The notes under the pieces are model-generated. The model had not been told where the DNA came from and did not search any database. It worked only from the letters and a program-made list of their open reading frames with translations. From positions 4,685-68,684 of the IMG/VR virus record IMGVR_UViG_3300006754_000014: a stretch of DNA of 64,000 nt. One strand, given 5' to 3'. The DNA comes from a virus. The position numbers were made by a program, and so were the translations under genes. Positions 50,101 through 57,318 of this stretch are shown here, piece by piece. Position 1 is the stretch's first letter. The number at the start of each line of letters is the position of its first letter.

Positions 50101-53039
50101 TCTTGTGATACCGAAAGTCCAGATATTGCAGTATCACTTACAGAGTATCGAATAAGATCTCCACTAGAAAAACCATGATCTACAATCTTGATTTTATTAG
50201 TAGCAGTATTAATGCCTATTGTTCCTACACTTCTTTCTTTATTCTCATAACCACTTCCAGGATTTTGAACTACAATACCAGAAAGTCGTCTTTTCTTCTT
50301 AGTAGATTGTATTCTTTGAATATTCAATACTACAGCAGTAGATCCAACACCAACATTTTTAAGTGTAAATGGATTAATTCCAGAAAGAGCTTCTTCCTGA
50401 GTCTTATGTAACTTAACAGTAGTGAGATCAACAGTTGAAGTATAATATACCCCATTCTCAACCATTGAAGTACTAATGGAAACAAAGTTTGATGAAGATG
50501 CCCAATCAGAAAAAGTCTTATATGTTACTTCTTCACCATCTCTGAATTTATGATATGTACTAAATCCAATACTATTAGATGAAACTTCAGTAAATGGTTT
50601 AAAATCACTATAATGTTTTACTAACTGTGTTTCTGCTACAGCTTTAGCACCTTGACCATTACCACCACTAATAGTGACATTAATATCTCCAATATAATCA
50701 AATCCTGGATCTACAATATCAATTCTTTCAAATTTACCTTGAATATTCGGTCTAGCAGTAGCACCACTACCAACTGAATCAGTAATTAATATTTCTGGTA
50801 GGTTAATTACATCATAACCCGTTCCTCCAGATAATACATTAATCTTAGATAAATTACCATAATAGACAAAATCATTAGATTTGTAATTTAAAAGTTCAAC
50901 ACCATTAATAAAGACGCCTGTTGGTCCAGGATCTGTCTTAGTTTTATTAGATCTATCATCAACAACTGTTGGGATCTTTCTAATAATCTTTGTAGCATCA
51001 ATTATTTTATCTTTATAATCAACAGGTATAATTTTATGATCTTTAGCAGTACCAGATACATCAATAAACTCATTACTGAAAAGTTGATCTAATGTTGTTG
51101 AGAACTTAACAGAATTGTTATCAACTCTTGTAATGAAGTAATATCCTTGATCCAAACCAGAAAGAGTTGTAGTTTCTGTAGTTACTCCGACAACTTCTGA
51201 TGTATTTGTAGGATTATCATTACTATACTCATAAGTTGTTGTTGAAATACCAGCATAATAGACAGCATCACCAGTATAGAATCCATGATCAGCATTAGTT
51301 CCTACAATTTCAATATCTTCTCCATCAAAAGTTCCTGAAAATGTAATAGTTTTATCATTAAGACTAAGTTTTCGTTGATAATAAACTGGTAAGGAGTTTG
51401 AAACGATATAAACATTATCCTGACTATCATCATAATAAGAATTTAAGACATTACCAGTATATTTTTGAAGATCAGTATAAGAATCAGATCTTACCTTAAG
51501 AATATTTCTTCTAAGATGGAATACAGTATCATTATTGAATGTTGGAAGAGAACCATAAATGGTCATCTTTGTGGCATCAAGAATATCAGTAACTGTTAAA
51601 CTAGTGTAAGTAGTACCATTATAAACAGAAACTTCATCACCCAAATTTACTAAATGATCTTCCCAAGTAGCCAATTCATATGAATTATTGCCTAATGATG
51701 TTACAGACTTTACTCTACATTTGCTAAGATTATTATTGAGTAAACTATCAGAAATCTTAAGTTGAGAATCTGCTCCCAACTTTGATGCGTAAATGGGATC
51801 ATTCTGTCTAAATGATTGTCCCAAACCATCTGTACTTATCCCCGAAATAACATTAGATACACGGAAATTAATTTGTTCACCGGCATCATCATATCCATAG
51901 GCATAAGAACTATCGTAAATAGACGTTCCAACATCAATAACCTTGGTAAGATCAGAAACACCAGTAAATTGAGTGGTGGTCTTATCTAGATAATCACAAA
52001 ATATCTCATTATCGCCTGTACCAATTCTTAATGTACCTGTAGTACCAAATCCAACAGTTGAGTCAACGTCTACAAAAGTTGATCCAATAGAAATGCCATT
52101 TGTAGCTTTACTCTTTGGATGAGATACAAATTCACCAAAAATACTTCCTACAGTATCAATATCAGAATTCTTTACACCAGCATCAAGTGATAATTGATAA
52201 TATGTAGTATTACCAAATACAATTGGTTCAACTTTTGTTACTGTGCCATAAGAAGACCCTTGATAAATGGTCTTCCCTTCAAGATCCATTGGATCTCCAT
52301 CAATGGCTTCAACAACCATCTGTTTTTCACTAACCCAATTAGCAAAAGACGGTCGTATTAAGTAATCTTGTGGTTTTATAACATCAACATTCTTTCCAAA
52401 TAACGATCTAAACAGAATTTCAAAAGATTCGGTAGTTCCTTTACCTCTATAGAAATCTGTTGACCTGTTTATAAAATTAGATACATTAAGTTTCTCAGCA
52501 AATGCCCTATCTTCAAATCCAGGAACATAAGAATATTTTAATTTAGAGAAAAGTTCGTTTAAAAATCTTGAGGTAATATTATGTACTTCAGATCCGTTCT
52601 CATGTGTATCTACAGCATTAGATTCAAAAATTAACGAATCTGGTTCATCTGCATTATAATAACTAGTAATTCCACTAAATCCCCTCTTACATCCATGGAA
52701 TTTCGTGGAATCTTTTGAAGTATATGTTATAATTTCATCGTCAATTTTAACAATACCATACTTAATGGGGAATCCATCAGTAGATTTGACTGAAATTATA
52801 TTTGTAGTATAACCAACAGCACCACTTGTAGTAGTAAATTCAATTAATGATTCTGTTGTAAATGTACCAACTCTAGAATATTGGTCAATATTCTCAAGAA
52901 TATTAATAGGCCCACCAATATGTTCCTGACTCAGGTAATATTGCTTTAAAAATTCCCCTAAAAGGGGTGATTCGGTTTGAACAAATTCTGGTAATTGTTC
53001 AGCAACTAGTGCATTAATCTGTGCGCGAGTTTCAATCAT
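38199..53039 (-). CDS. g7: Giant baseplate wedge initiator (gp7-like) with long fibre-like repeat arrays
   Basis: 4946 aa between g6 and g8; QLPEFV...FLKQYY, FYRGKGT..SF..LFR, HSPILGWAYDGNPIYGPYG (YHYH-like) and HDSDYYQYFSY..KS motifs. Confidence 0.85.
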   Translation of the reverse strand: MIETRAQINALVAEQLPEFVQTESPLLGEFLKQYYLSQEHIGGPINILENIDQYSRVGTFTTESLIEFTTTSGAVGYTTNIISVKSTDGFPIKYGIVKIDDEIITYTSKDSTKFHGCKRGFSGITSYYNADEPDSLIFESNAVDTHENGSEVHNITSRFLNELFSKLKYSYVPGFEDRAFAEKLNVSNFINRSTDFYRGKGTTESFEILFRSLFGKNVDVIKPQDYLIRPSFANWVSEKQMVVEAIDGDPMDLEGKTIYQGSSYGTVTKVEPIVFGNTTYYQLSLDAGVKNSDIDTVGSIFGEFVSHPKSKATNGISIGSTFVDVDSTVGFGTTGTLRIGTGDNEIFCDYLDKTTTQFTGVSDLTKVIDVGTSIYDSSYAYGYDDAGEQINFRVSNVISGISTDGLGQSFRQNDPIYASKLGADSQLKISDSLLNNNLSKCRVKSVTSLGNNSYELATWEDHLVNLGDEVSVYNGTTYTSLTVTDILDATKMTIYGSLPTFNNDTVFHLRRNILKVRSDSYTDLQKYTGNVLNSYYDDSQDNVYIVSNSLPVYYQRKLSLNDKTITFSGTFDGEDIEIVGTNADHGFYTGDAVYYAGISTTTYEYSNDNPTNTSEVVGVTTETTTLSGLDQGYYFITRVDNNSVKFSTTLDQLFSNEFIDVSGTAKDHKIIPVDYKDKIIDATKIIRKIPTVVDDRSNKTKTDPGPTGVFINGVELLNYKSNDFVYYGNLSKINVLSGGTGYDVINLPEILITDSVGSGATARPNIQGKFERIDIVDPGFDYIGDINVTISGGNGQGAKAVAETQLVKHYSDFKPFTEVSSNSIGFSTYHKFRDGEEVTYKTFSDWASSSNFVSISTSMVENGVYYTSTVDLTTVKLHKTQEEALSGINPFTLKNVGVGSTAVVLNIQRIQSTKKKRRLSGIVVQNPGSGYENKERSVGTIGINTATNKIKIVDHGFSSGDLIRYSVSDTAISGLSVSQDYYVIKTGVDDFRLAAAGIGTTLSNSNYLSKDYVRFADIGAGTHTFKYPPITVNVEGNIGIATTNASSIFGATIQPIVRGPIKSVHVTSGGVGYGVSSIVNYDRQPLILVRNGENSQFKPIIDQGVIKEVVVQFGGAGYTSIPDLSISSQTGSYAELVPVITNGSITSVTVISGGVGYSTATTTIDAVNSGQNATFRASIKTWEVNSFEKFKGTIKDDDGIAIPTGDHIQFTCFSAPRSLRRNVYQLSPQGKPYYGNTDLVYASGEEQLSQYHSPILGWAYDGNPIYGPYGTTNRESGDIIPMTSGYSVDLKAGRPSVNDWPSGFFVEDYTYTADGNLDEHNGRFCRTPEFPNGTYAYFMTINNLKVNSDGPFAGYREPQFPYVIGDTYRSKPETFNFRNDSNTDKFSVSDNKLIRNTKFSKINSDENLYEGLINPIADVLKRKKGILKASGRGSIDSVGILTGGTGYKIWDSLEFDNEGTGGTGAAVVVSEILGKKIVSISSSERSFSDVDIELSSKFGFVNVYTSTPHNYVNYDLITLSGLSTDFFGGVDERQQPIRVVTNEWKLQAGIGTTGVTGISTYLYLDGPLEKEAIREDDILQIGHDSNANYFECLRVLNVDKDNKKVRVLREFNSTTGIAATAGDLVVEKSRKFSFSVGIFTDKSYTYNRKLYFAPFNTVGLGTTAGVGIGSTVSVAGIGTTNVNKFIPTQSMYLKGHGFKTGQKLIYSNGGGTSLGVSTNGIANYLLTDSTPVYAIVNDNNIIGLSTSKVGVGSTGYIGVGSSAAYRLYFHTVGAGIEHSLKTQYDVVTGNAKKIDVVVSTETNPQLRIGDRVNLNVTPGITTTVTIKYNDYHRRVLINPKGIASSGVTTTTNSFNIPSHGFITGDKVLFAATSVAKVSGIPGGLVDNTLYYVIKSDINNFKLASSKKNALLEPPIIVDVTSTGSNTSSSDQHVSLINPPLTFVNGSRVKFDVSDPSLSIVSAGQTIQAFDFSFFEEPKFEDEWFYDKFYTNKKSEVFNVTSVGVPGIDGNASVTLDTRGGVPKILYYSLTPVNKGDLTDVKLQIISDDEVIDYNTLFFGPSKFNGPRNVTGIGSTFFKLSLRDIPEQPSYTSAESEFEYTTTSETAEGSISSVRVRNSGRNYISLPGITTITTGIGSEFNLNLYSSTIGQTVKVDVANVGFDFPIDTTLRPSARLPQILELSRLSIFDSIGILTGGKYYNIAPDIVVITSDTDLVVNDVDIEATLTGSAVGEVEVIKNPDQLYEVAPRVIPINNSNALGITTISWNSTRSLVTVQLDVGFSTAGTFPFDVGDKIWIENVGVNTGDKGFNSEDFGYVSFELSEIDANIGGIGSVSYKLTTDPGTYVPAKSFGKIVPERYIAKFSPNLMKKSFDIGENINKVTSETQKQKGIVVGWDERTSTLRIESPFVYKSGDTIKGKGSKTFAKVDTSILTESRFDIAPLSQRIVGWDNSVGVLNDDLNRVHDSDYYQYFSYALKSQIDLDTWDNPVSALNHTAGYKKFSNLDIISTNETPILGYGRTSSADIAAIVETTIDVNCYSDYDLGYENFIDLVPPLSSEIRLKNTIFTDYFESRGNRVLTIDDVAPQFNHLPSAINWDVIDDHTLNAFRANKFFVFARDTRFEGEKELTIVNSLHDNLSAYLNQYGSVYTAYELADHYDFSIYGTTGELHFYPKRAEYNNYSLDQFSISLSDTTTTGSNLDLGTSVQTSTGSTTITAASSPSATKCVGIGSTYYAGKVLAMAKSSDGEYLFTEINYVHDGSEIYTNEMASIVTNQSIPYDASGIGTFGAVYSGSDVNIVFTAAADLGTTVNTFVTAFHESYVGTGNTSVSTCRIDTTCTGIGSTTSPVPVEIARYSTGTYNAAYYIVGVQDTTTSFLGGHTQLLEAAVVHIRSGSTPVETFCSQYPTIDTNSNLGIGTVGAAFSGTDVVLNFTPSSGVACTVTSIQYAMTHPVGGATTDVINFNNAQIRSYDGAYLGTKTFIKRNFDIKHGGDPVFKKDFGGNDSTIVDVTNNILEIPNHFFVTGEKLTYGNLGIGNTMNIGIDTTTIAGVGTTSLLPETVYAVKINESKIKLAHSATNALATVPTVLDITAVGIGTSHSLTSSQQNSKALIAIDNNIQAPIVGTGVTTLTSYYLDNAKSILYVDDPGQFAGGDVVKIGTEYMKIDSVGVGSTNSLIVNRPWMGSGLTTHASGSIIERWDGDYNIIDDTLNFVSAPIGLSPPAGSGYDGISTSYTFQGRIFLRSGAASGVNPAYYENYVFDNVNTGFNGIGKTFTLTQEDANTTGFSTNGAVVLVNEIFQAPGATKTYTISESSGTSKIIFRGDIATGFDVNNATIPVGGVIVSVGSSQGYGYQPLVAAGGTAIVSAAGTVTSIGLGYTGSGYRSQIPGINTTGSFYIPYIPEVHVVNPDDNFRVAIGTASITDGYITGVAVTNPFRFYAPRGVRNVGYTSASGITTITTNKAHGLSVGEHVLLSGIALTCQYSAPVSISTIAYDNASGIMTVTTSDVHNFSANKDVIFSGLGFTCSLDSGAAKHYYPRGEDPTYDTAVSIVRAGTSHTISNALYNPYTGITTLTVSSHGFSNGDKIRLTDNSLFFTCTKDGDSESHSYPRPTDPISGKWVSIANTTANTFTIDCLAKVGTSGLGTPSTNVTAHTFKAAVAGGLTYQNGEIVIDAGVSSPNDQSIHYFESASSNAIISGGNYVHTFETAIKGSVVTGGNYLHTFVSATDGGVTVTGVGTTTPTNATYNAESGDLILTISDHSYTTSNTVGFSSGAITFSCLMDQDLTNHAYPRATDPILGVTTSITAVSANTITVNVGKTPLTKYDVSNATYAPSTGNLVLTVGVHTLRGTTAHTISTAHYTPTTGIMTCTVVGHGFENGDRVKFVNDSLTFKCAQDSFSASKTYPRSTDPKSNTWMAIAGVTTNTFEVQVLDTIPSTNTGIHSFISHASNGLVKAGESVRIPDNALTFHCAMDSGISLHTYPRPTDPISQTSVSIAGTGSNTITLNVGVSTIVNYSITTATYTASSGIMTMSIGSHNIHAGQSIKIATESLTFTCSKDSKATQHKYPRKPDPKYSGVQVIGVANTTQFTVNVGTSTVNTIFHGGGTVQGSILAPRANNNSSSGIDPGSNGSLVLEVNDDNSFVVNTGISTCDHFYARSGTVSKKYSVEFDDPLSYENIPLTHSSSSPSALGTEAKVNIVVGSGSSVTDFTITNFGYGYKKGEILTIPSDSIAGIPTTKVGIGTTTFAEFTMTVDEIFNDKFAAWSPGYLLPLDSFVFNGIDKSYSIKQDSVNMTIRKAKGSNIDLESTLLIFVNDILQQPGVAYKFNGGNVLEFTETPKVDDTSKLIFYKGSGDADVVEVNILEEVEPGDKLQLRADIPTKGIEWDQSKRVVTGIKTDDTVYTQAYRGAGISSDNSFIRPVDRCKQMHDLIINGQEVAKTRILYEANINPLTPIIKSIGAASTQIFVENCRPFFNNSREDLVSNKQDLLILDRTNLVSAAGTVTVSAGSSVTSITIDEGGSGYTSAPTVVIGIPSTTDPWIPTGSAIGIASTSFGSTGFTTEFSGDANDTSYAIQMQFNIDFFGNTYNMVYVGTNGYITFGGGSSENENITADNPGLPGVHINAGDRRMTGLFYESLSARFRARVTGYNYGSTAGATPLVYEFEMNRGSNIIKLNTVTISTATTSGATNGNTNDYPYTFEPTSGTSWQIYGAPVSRAEENRATATASITAGVVTSVTITNAGTGYTNTAIPGVIFTTPTPTYETIENCSYDGDFGIISGIKTTSIGTTEALVLDLVLPMDSVFRNASIVGTAITVAGIGSAQYLAVSNTNIGYGVTSVDSTGTTVGVGTTFVDNVYEVISVATATTEAFGMGSTAVTQVTVAVDTFNGLTGMGYSEYMGNYSWGMIHSYVRQGSNTYSPILTDGVTGLQSSPVIIRKEILKFTGYDS
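40580..42730 (-). repeat. Array of beta-domain repeats (Y.P.TG...H....G...L.F.C..D....YPR.TDP) within gp7
   Basis: Six YPR.(T/E/P)DP motifs near 40845, 41095, 41325, 41670, 42215 and 42430, plus a tandem GGNY.HTF pair at about 41870-41955. Confidence 0.85.
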
Positions 53040-53040
53040 A

Positions 53041-54945
53041 TTACCTAGTTAACTTGCCGTTAGAGAAACTTGATGTTGTTGTATACCTTGTTCCAGAAAT
53101 ATCGGATCCAGAACTTATAAGGTCACTAACCATAGAAACAGAGCTATTACTAATATCTAATTGCAAATACAAATCTTGTTTGCCAATAACATCAAAAGAT
53201 TCTGGAACAAGTTGTATTTCAATAATAGGACTATCGCTCTTAGTTATTGCCGTATTTGAAATATTTATGGGTTTTAAAAGGATCTCTCCTTTAACATAAT
53301 CAATTGTACCTACACTACTCTTAATAATTTTCTTCTCAGTCTCAGATAATTTCTTAAAGAGGAATACTGTACCAGTTTTCATGCATGCATTTGGTTCATC
53401 ACCCAAATATACTGTTCCTGGGTAGCCAGAAATGGTAAATCCAGATGATTTGATGTTCATTTGGTCTTTATCAACATGAACTTGGTTTCCATAACAAATT
53501 TCATAGTCAGCAAACGCATTTATTGTACATCTGAGGTCTCTTCTCATCGTAATAGTTGTAATATTCGATGTAATTGACCGATCAACACCATCAATTATGG
53601 AAAGAACCTTACTGTATTTGAATCTAGACCCAAATTTATTCATTTCATTGGAATTTGCATAATTTGTAAGCGCTGAAACGATACTTGTCTTCAAATTTGT
53701 CGAAGCATTCGTTTTATTTGCATTAAAATATGCACTCGTGTTCAATTCAATATAAAGATACTTAAGATCAACCAATTCTGTTACAATTCCAGCAACAGAA
53801 TACTTTTTCAACTTATCAATAATGTTATTTTTGATTGCTCTAGAGAGAAATCGACCATTTTCAGGTTTAACACTAATATAAACACGTCCATATTGAGGTG
53901 GAGTGAGATCTTCACCACCAAATGCACTAACTGATTCAGCATTTGGATAAACAGTAGGTATCAAAGACTCAAAATCACTAGCTGTAACCGCTCTATACTG
54001 TGTAGAAAACACTTTTGGTGCATATTTCCTTACAGAAGAGACAGATTCTATTGCCTGATGTCCACTAACAGTGTCATTTACAGAAATTCCTGATATTGTA
54101 CCGTTGGTTGGACCATTAGTATCAGGATTAATCACTCTACCAGAAAAAGTAAAGTTACTAATGTTAGTAGAATCGTCGCCAGACGCTGCAAGATAGTTAA
54201 CAACGATCTGTTCACCCTCTACAACCTTCCTGCCGAAGATGCCATCACCAAAAACCAACTCATATCGTTCATCTTCTATCTCATTAACCATATAAATCTT
54301 TCGAGTGGCGTCCAAACTCAAGAGAGTCTCAACTTTCTCATACGCATCTCCTACTTGAGACTCAGAATATGGTTTAACTGTGACGCTTATTGACCTTGTA
54401 TCGATGTATGGGTTCTCAAGAATGAATCTTTGAGTCTTTTCACTCCCATAAACAGTAAAATTCTTAGTTAAAAGGTTGCCTTCATAGATTGTTACATCTT
54501 CAAATGTAGCAATTTCGTCAATTACAGAGACTGTATAGTCTTCAATCGTCGAAAAAGCGAAATTTACGTTATTAAAACTCTCAGATGTAGCAAATAATCC
54601 CTTTTTTAACGTTAAAGTTCTTGGTACACTCGATACAGACGTTAAATCTACTGTAAAATTGACTGTTGTTGACCCAGATCGATGAGATCTTGGTACATAT
54701 CCTATATTTCTTGCTAATCCAATGACATTTTCACGAAGAGTGGCGCTATCAAGGAACACTTCGTTCGCCACCATATTGGAATTATATGATGTGATGTAAC
54801 TATTGTATGCTAAAATGTCAAGTAACATTGACATGTTAGATCCTTCAAAATCAAAATCAGTAAAATTACTGTTTGATCTTACATAATCCTTAATTTCGGT
54901 CTTAATCTGGTCAAAATCCAGATTTGTAAATTTAGTTAATGCCAT
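53041..54945 (-). CDS. g6: Baseplate wedge subunit (gp6)
   Basis: LDFDQIK, FTDFDFEGS, ANEVFLDSATLRENV, RAVTA.DFE. Confidence 0.96.
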   Translation of the reverse strand: MALTKFTNLDFDQIKTEIKDYVRSNSNFTDFDFEGSNMSMLLDILAYNSYITSYNSNMVANEVFLDSATLRENVIGLARNIGYVPRSHRSGSTTVNFTVDLTSVSSVPRTLTLKKGLFATSESFNNVNFAFSTIEDYTVSVIDEIATFEDVTIYEGNLLTKNFTVYGSEKTQRFILENPYIDTRSISVTVKPYSESQVGDAYEKVETLLSLDATRKIYMVNEIEDERYELVFGDGIFGRKVVEGEQIVVNYLAASGDDSTNISNFTFSGRVINPDTNGPTNGTISGISVNDTVSGHQAIESVSSVRKYAPKVFSTQYRAVTASDFESLIPTVYPNAESVSAFGGEDLTPPQYGRVYISVKPENGRFLSRAIKNNIIDKLKKYSVAGIVTELVDLKYLYIELNTSAYFNANKTNASTNLKTSIVSALTNYANSNEMNKFGSRFKYSKVLSIIDGVDRSITSNITTITMRRDLRCTINAFADYEICYGNQVHVDKDQMNIKSSGFTISGYPGTVYLGDEPNACMKTGTVFLFKKLSETEKKIIKSSVGTIDYVKGEILLKPINISNTAITKSDSPIIEIQLVPESFDVIGKQDLYLQLDISNSSVSMVSDLISSGSDISGTRYTTTSSFSNGKLTR

Positions 54946-54947
54946 TC

Positions 54948-55346
54948 CTAGTTAGCAGATTCCAGTACGAATGTTACATGTTGTCTGCCAACAGCAAGAC
55001 CAACAATATCATAGACAATAGTTACATCAAAAGCATTACTATCTACGTTGGCAGCAACGTCAACATTGGTTACATTAACTCTAGGTTCATATTGTTCTAC
55101 TGTGTCACGAATTCTTTGTGACATCATACTTGCTGCAGCAGGACCAACGTTTTCAAAAAGCATTCCGGCAACATCTGATCCAAATGTTGGTTCAAATGGC
55201 CGTTCACCAAATTGAGTTGATACTATATTTCGTACAGATCTACTAACTGCAGTCTCATTTTTAATTACACTAAGGTCTCCTGTTATAGGATGGCGTGTAA
55301 AACTGGTAGAAATATCTTTAAAGGACCGAGAAATAGTGAGAGGCAC
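54948..55346 (-). CDS. g25: Baseplate wedge subunit (gp25)
   Basis: SF..HPITGD, VRNIV.T..GERPFEP.FG, YEPRV; TATAAATA at 55370-55377. Confidence 0.94.
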   Translation of the reverse strand: MPLTISRSFKDISTSFTRHPITGDLSVIKNETAVSRSVRNIVSTQFGERPFEPTFGSDVAGMLFENVGPAAASMMSQRIRDTVEQYEPRVNVTNVDVAANVDSNAFDVTIVYDIVGLAVGRQHVTFVLESAN

Positions 55347-55404
55347 GTAATTTCAACATATTTTTTTTCTATTTATACACTATCCCTACCAGTTCTCTTT
55401 ATTT

Positions 55405-55551
55405 TTACCCTTTTCCTTGTCCCCGATACCTTTTTCGAGCCGAGTTACGCGATGTTGAAACATATTTTGTATGCTTCCCGTTTCCTTGACAAGTTTTTTT
55501 CGGTGTCGTTTCCACATAAGAAAGACCCGTCAGACTTTGCTTTAATTTCAT
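55405..55551 (-). CDS. Small basic hypothetical protein (48 aa)
   Basis: MKLKQSLTGLSYVETTPKKTCQGNGKHTKYVSTSRNSARKRYRGQGKG; start overlaps the upstream stop. Confidence 0.65.
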   Translation of the reverse strand: MKLKQSLTGLSYVETTPKKTCQGNGKHTKYVSTSRNSARKRYRGQGKG

Positions 55552-55721
55552 AGTTCTTCCATTGATACTTCATCAGGACTTGGTGTCCCATTCTCATAGT
55601 AATCTTGAGCTAGGTCCGCAAGTTTAGTTGCGGCCTCTCCCATGTCATTCGTAAGAAATACTATTTCACCACGAACTTTAATTTGATACTGTGGTTCGTC
55701 AAATGATTCTTGTTTTTTCAT
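55548..55721 (-). CDS. Small acidic hypothetical protein (57 aa)
   Basis: MKKQESFDEPQYQIKVRGEIVFLTNDMGEAATKLADLAQDYYENGTPSPDEVSMEEL. Confidence 0.65.
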   Translation of the reverse strand: MKKQESFDEPQYQIKVRGEIVFLTNDMGEAATKLADLAQDYYENGTPSPDEVSMEEL

Positions 55722-56469
55722 GTCCTACACGTATACGAGGGTCGCACCAGATTTCAAATCCTTCCTCCTTCGCATCTAGACAGAATGAAACGTCCTCGCC
55801 ACACATGTCTTGTACTTTACCAGATTCAAAGACTTGCATCTTAGGAGCAAACCATGGATATTCAAGACTTTCGAAAACACCTTTCTTAATTAATACCCAT
55901 CCAAACCCTGTGTAATCGACAGTAAATGGTTTGCGACGTTTGTCCATTGACTCTACAGTCTCGTGATTCATTACTCCACCGTTCTTGCGGAAGTCGTCTT
56001 CCTCTAACCAGTGAGCAACTGAGGTAGTATGCCCATCTTCTGTTGCATACCATCCGGCAGTGATCTCTCTTTCCTCACCTTCTGCTGGGACAGCAAGATC
56101 GCATAATTCCCAAAACTTATTTGGATTGAAAATAATATCACTATCAATCCATAGTTGATAATCATATTCTAGTTTTCCATCCCATGGAATCTGTTTTGGC
56201 CCTCTTAGTACATTTGCACCAAGTACTTTACACCTGGCAAAGTTTACCATTGATGAATAATCTTGACTGATTTGAATACTCATTCCGTTCTGAACCATAT
56301 CAAAACAGAGTTGTACAAAATTCTTCAAGAAAATATAAGAACATCCCCTTCCTGGTAAACAGAAGATGATACTCTTACCTCTCATCCTTTCTTTAATAGC
56401 TGGGATATCCCACTGTTCTTCTTTTTTCTTAACAGGAGATTTCGCTTTAACTGTAAATCCTTTAGCCAT
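55699..56469 (-). CDS. GT-A fold glycosyltransferase-like protein
   Basis: WIDSD (DxD), YTGFG.VLIKKGVFE, GEDV.FC, GHEK motifs. Confidence 0.8.
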   Translation of the reverse strand: MAKGFTVKAKSPVKKKEEQWDIPAIKERMRGKSIIFCLPGRGCSYIFLKNFVQLCFDMVQNGMSIQISQDYSSMVNFARCKVLGANVLRGPKQIPWDGKLEYDYQLWIDSDIIFNPNKFWELCDLAVPAEGEEREITAGWYATEDGHTTSVAHWLEEDDFRKNGGVMNHETVESMDKRRKPFTVDYTGFGWVLIKKGVFESLEYPWFAPKMQVFESGKVQDMCGEDVSFCLDAKEEGFEIWCDPRIRVGHEKTRII

Positions 56470-56492
56470 AAAATAAATGCTCTAATCAATAC

Positions 56493-56521
56493 ATTTTAAC
56501 CCATTATATATTAACCGTCAA
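56493..56521 (-). promoter_or_regulatory. Sigma70-type promoter for the glycosyltransferase
   Basis: TTGACG-17nt-TAAAAT. Confidence 0.65.
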
Positions 56522-56691
56522 CAACTATGATCTTCATCTGTTGGTAGGGATGTTACTACTAATATTTCATGGAGGTCTGGGCGTATTTTTTTCTTCGCGA
56601 TTTTTTTCTCTAGTTCTTCGTAATTAAGATTACAATATAATACATTATTGTTATGATATACATGGAAGTTTATTTCAGGACTCTTAATCAT
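56518..56691 (-). CDS. Small hypothetical protein (57 aa)
   Basis: MIKSPEINFHVYHNNNVLYCNLNYEELEKKIAKKK...; fills the gap between ORFs. Confidence 0.55.
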   Translation of the reverse strand: MIKSPEINFHVYHNNNVLYCNLNYEELEKKIAKKKIRPDLHEILVVTSLPTDEDHSC

Positions 56692-56711
56692 TTTTTCCTA
56701 CGAAAATTTTT

Positions 56712-56864
56712 TTACAGTTTATGAATAACTAATCCATCATTCTTTATCTGCCATTCTAACATATCTCCTTCTTCCCAAAAAAGATCTTCCAACATTTCTT
56801 CGCTTAATCTTATATAATACTCGTCGGTCTTTTCATTATATTCAATCTCCAACTCATCAAACAT
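56712..56864 (-). CDS. AbrB/MazE/SpoVT-like small DNA-binding protein
   Basis: YYIRLSEEMLEDLFWEEGDMLEWQI matches the swapped-hairpin I.LP...L..LG...GD.LE pattern. Start placed at MFDELE. Confidence 0.55.
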   Translation of the reverse strand: MFDELEIEYNEKTDEYYIRLSEEMLEDLFWEEGDMLEWQIKNDGLVIHKL

Positions 56865-57065
56865 AGTAAGATTCCAACTGATCTTATATATGATTCTCGG
56901 CCCTGGCAATTTTTTTTATTTCAATATATTTCTCTCGCGCTTTTGGTTCGTTGTAGGTTAGGGTAGTGAGCGGTTTTACTTATCGTATCGCGAATCGTCA
57001 TATACCGTAACACCCCCGGCGCACTGCTCATATGTTATAACTCTTAATAATTAATACAAAATACA

Positions 57066-57092
57066 TAAAAACCCTCTACCATGGAGGGGCAG
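57066..57092 (-). terminator. Probable terminator after the 61-aa ORF
   Basis: Minus strand CCCTC-CATGGTA-GAGGG followed by TTTTT. Confidence 0.55.
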
Positions 57093-57106
57093 AGGGAGAG
57101 GGGTGC

Positions 57107-57292
57107 TCAGGTCAGGCGGGTCGCATGGGGATGCTCTCTGCCTTGTCTGTTCGTGTTGGTCCTGAGTCCTTTGGTCATGCTCATAATGAGGTCTGACCGG
57201 CGGGGTTTCGAGGCGGGAAGCACGGTGTACTTGATCTCGCCACGTGCGTCTGCTCGCTGGAGGTCGGAGCGGGAGACGTTTGAAAAATCCAT
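57107..57292 (-). CDS. Small basic early protein
   Basis: 61-aa ORF directly downstream of the leftward TATAAT of the divergent promoter and followed by a terminator. Confidence 0.65.
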   Translation of the reverse strand: MDFSNVSRSDLQRADARGEIKYTVLPASKPRRSDLIMSMTKGLRTNTNRQGREHPHATRLT

Positions 57293-57318
57293 GAGGAATT
57301 TCTCTTGACTACCCTCCT

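Noticed and set aside
28534-53039. Inteins, introns, DGR template/variable repeats or recoded stop codons in the giant ORFs
   Set aside because: No intein splice motifs, no adenine-specific near-identical repeat pair or reverse transcriptase noticed by eye, and the frames are open in the standard code.
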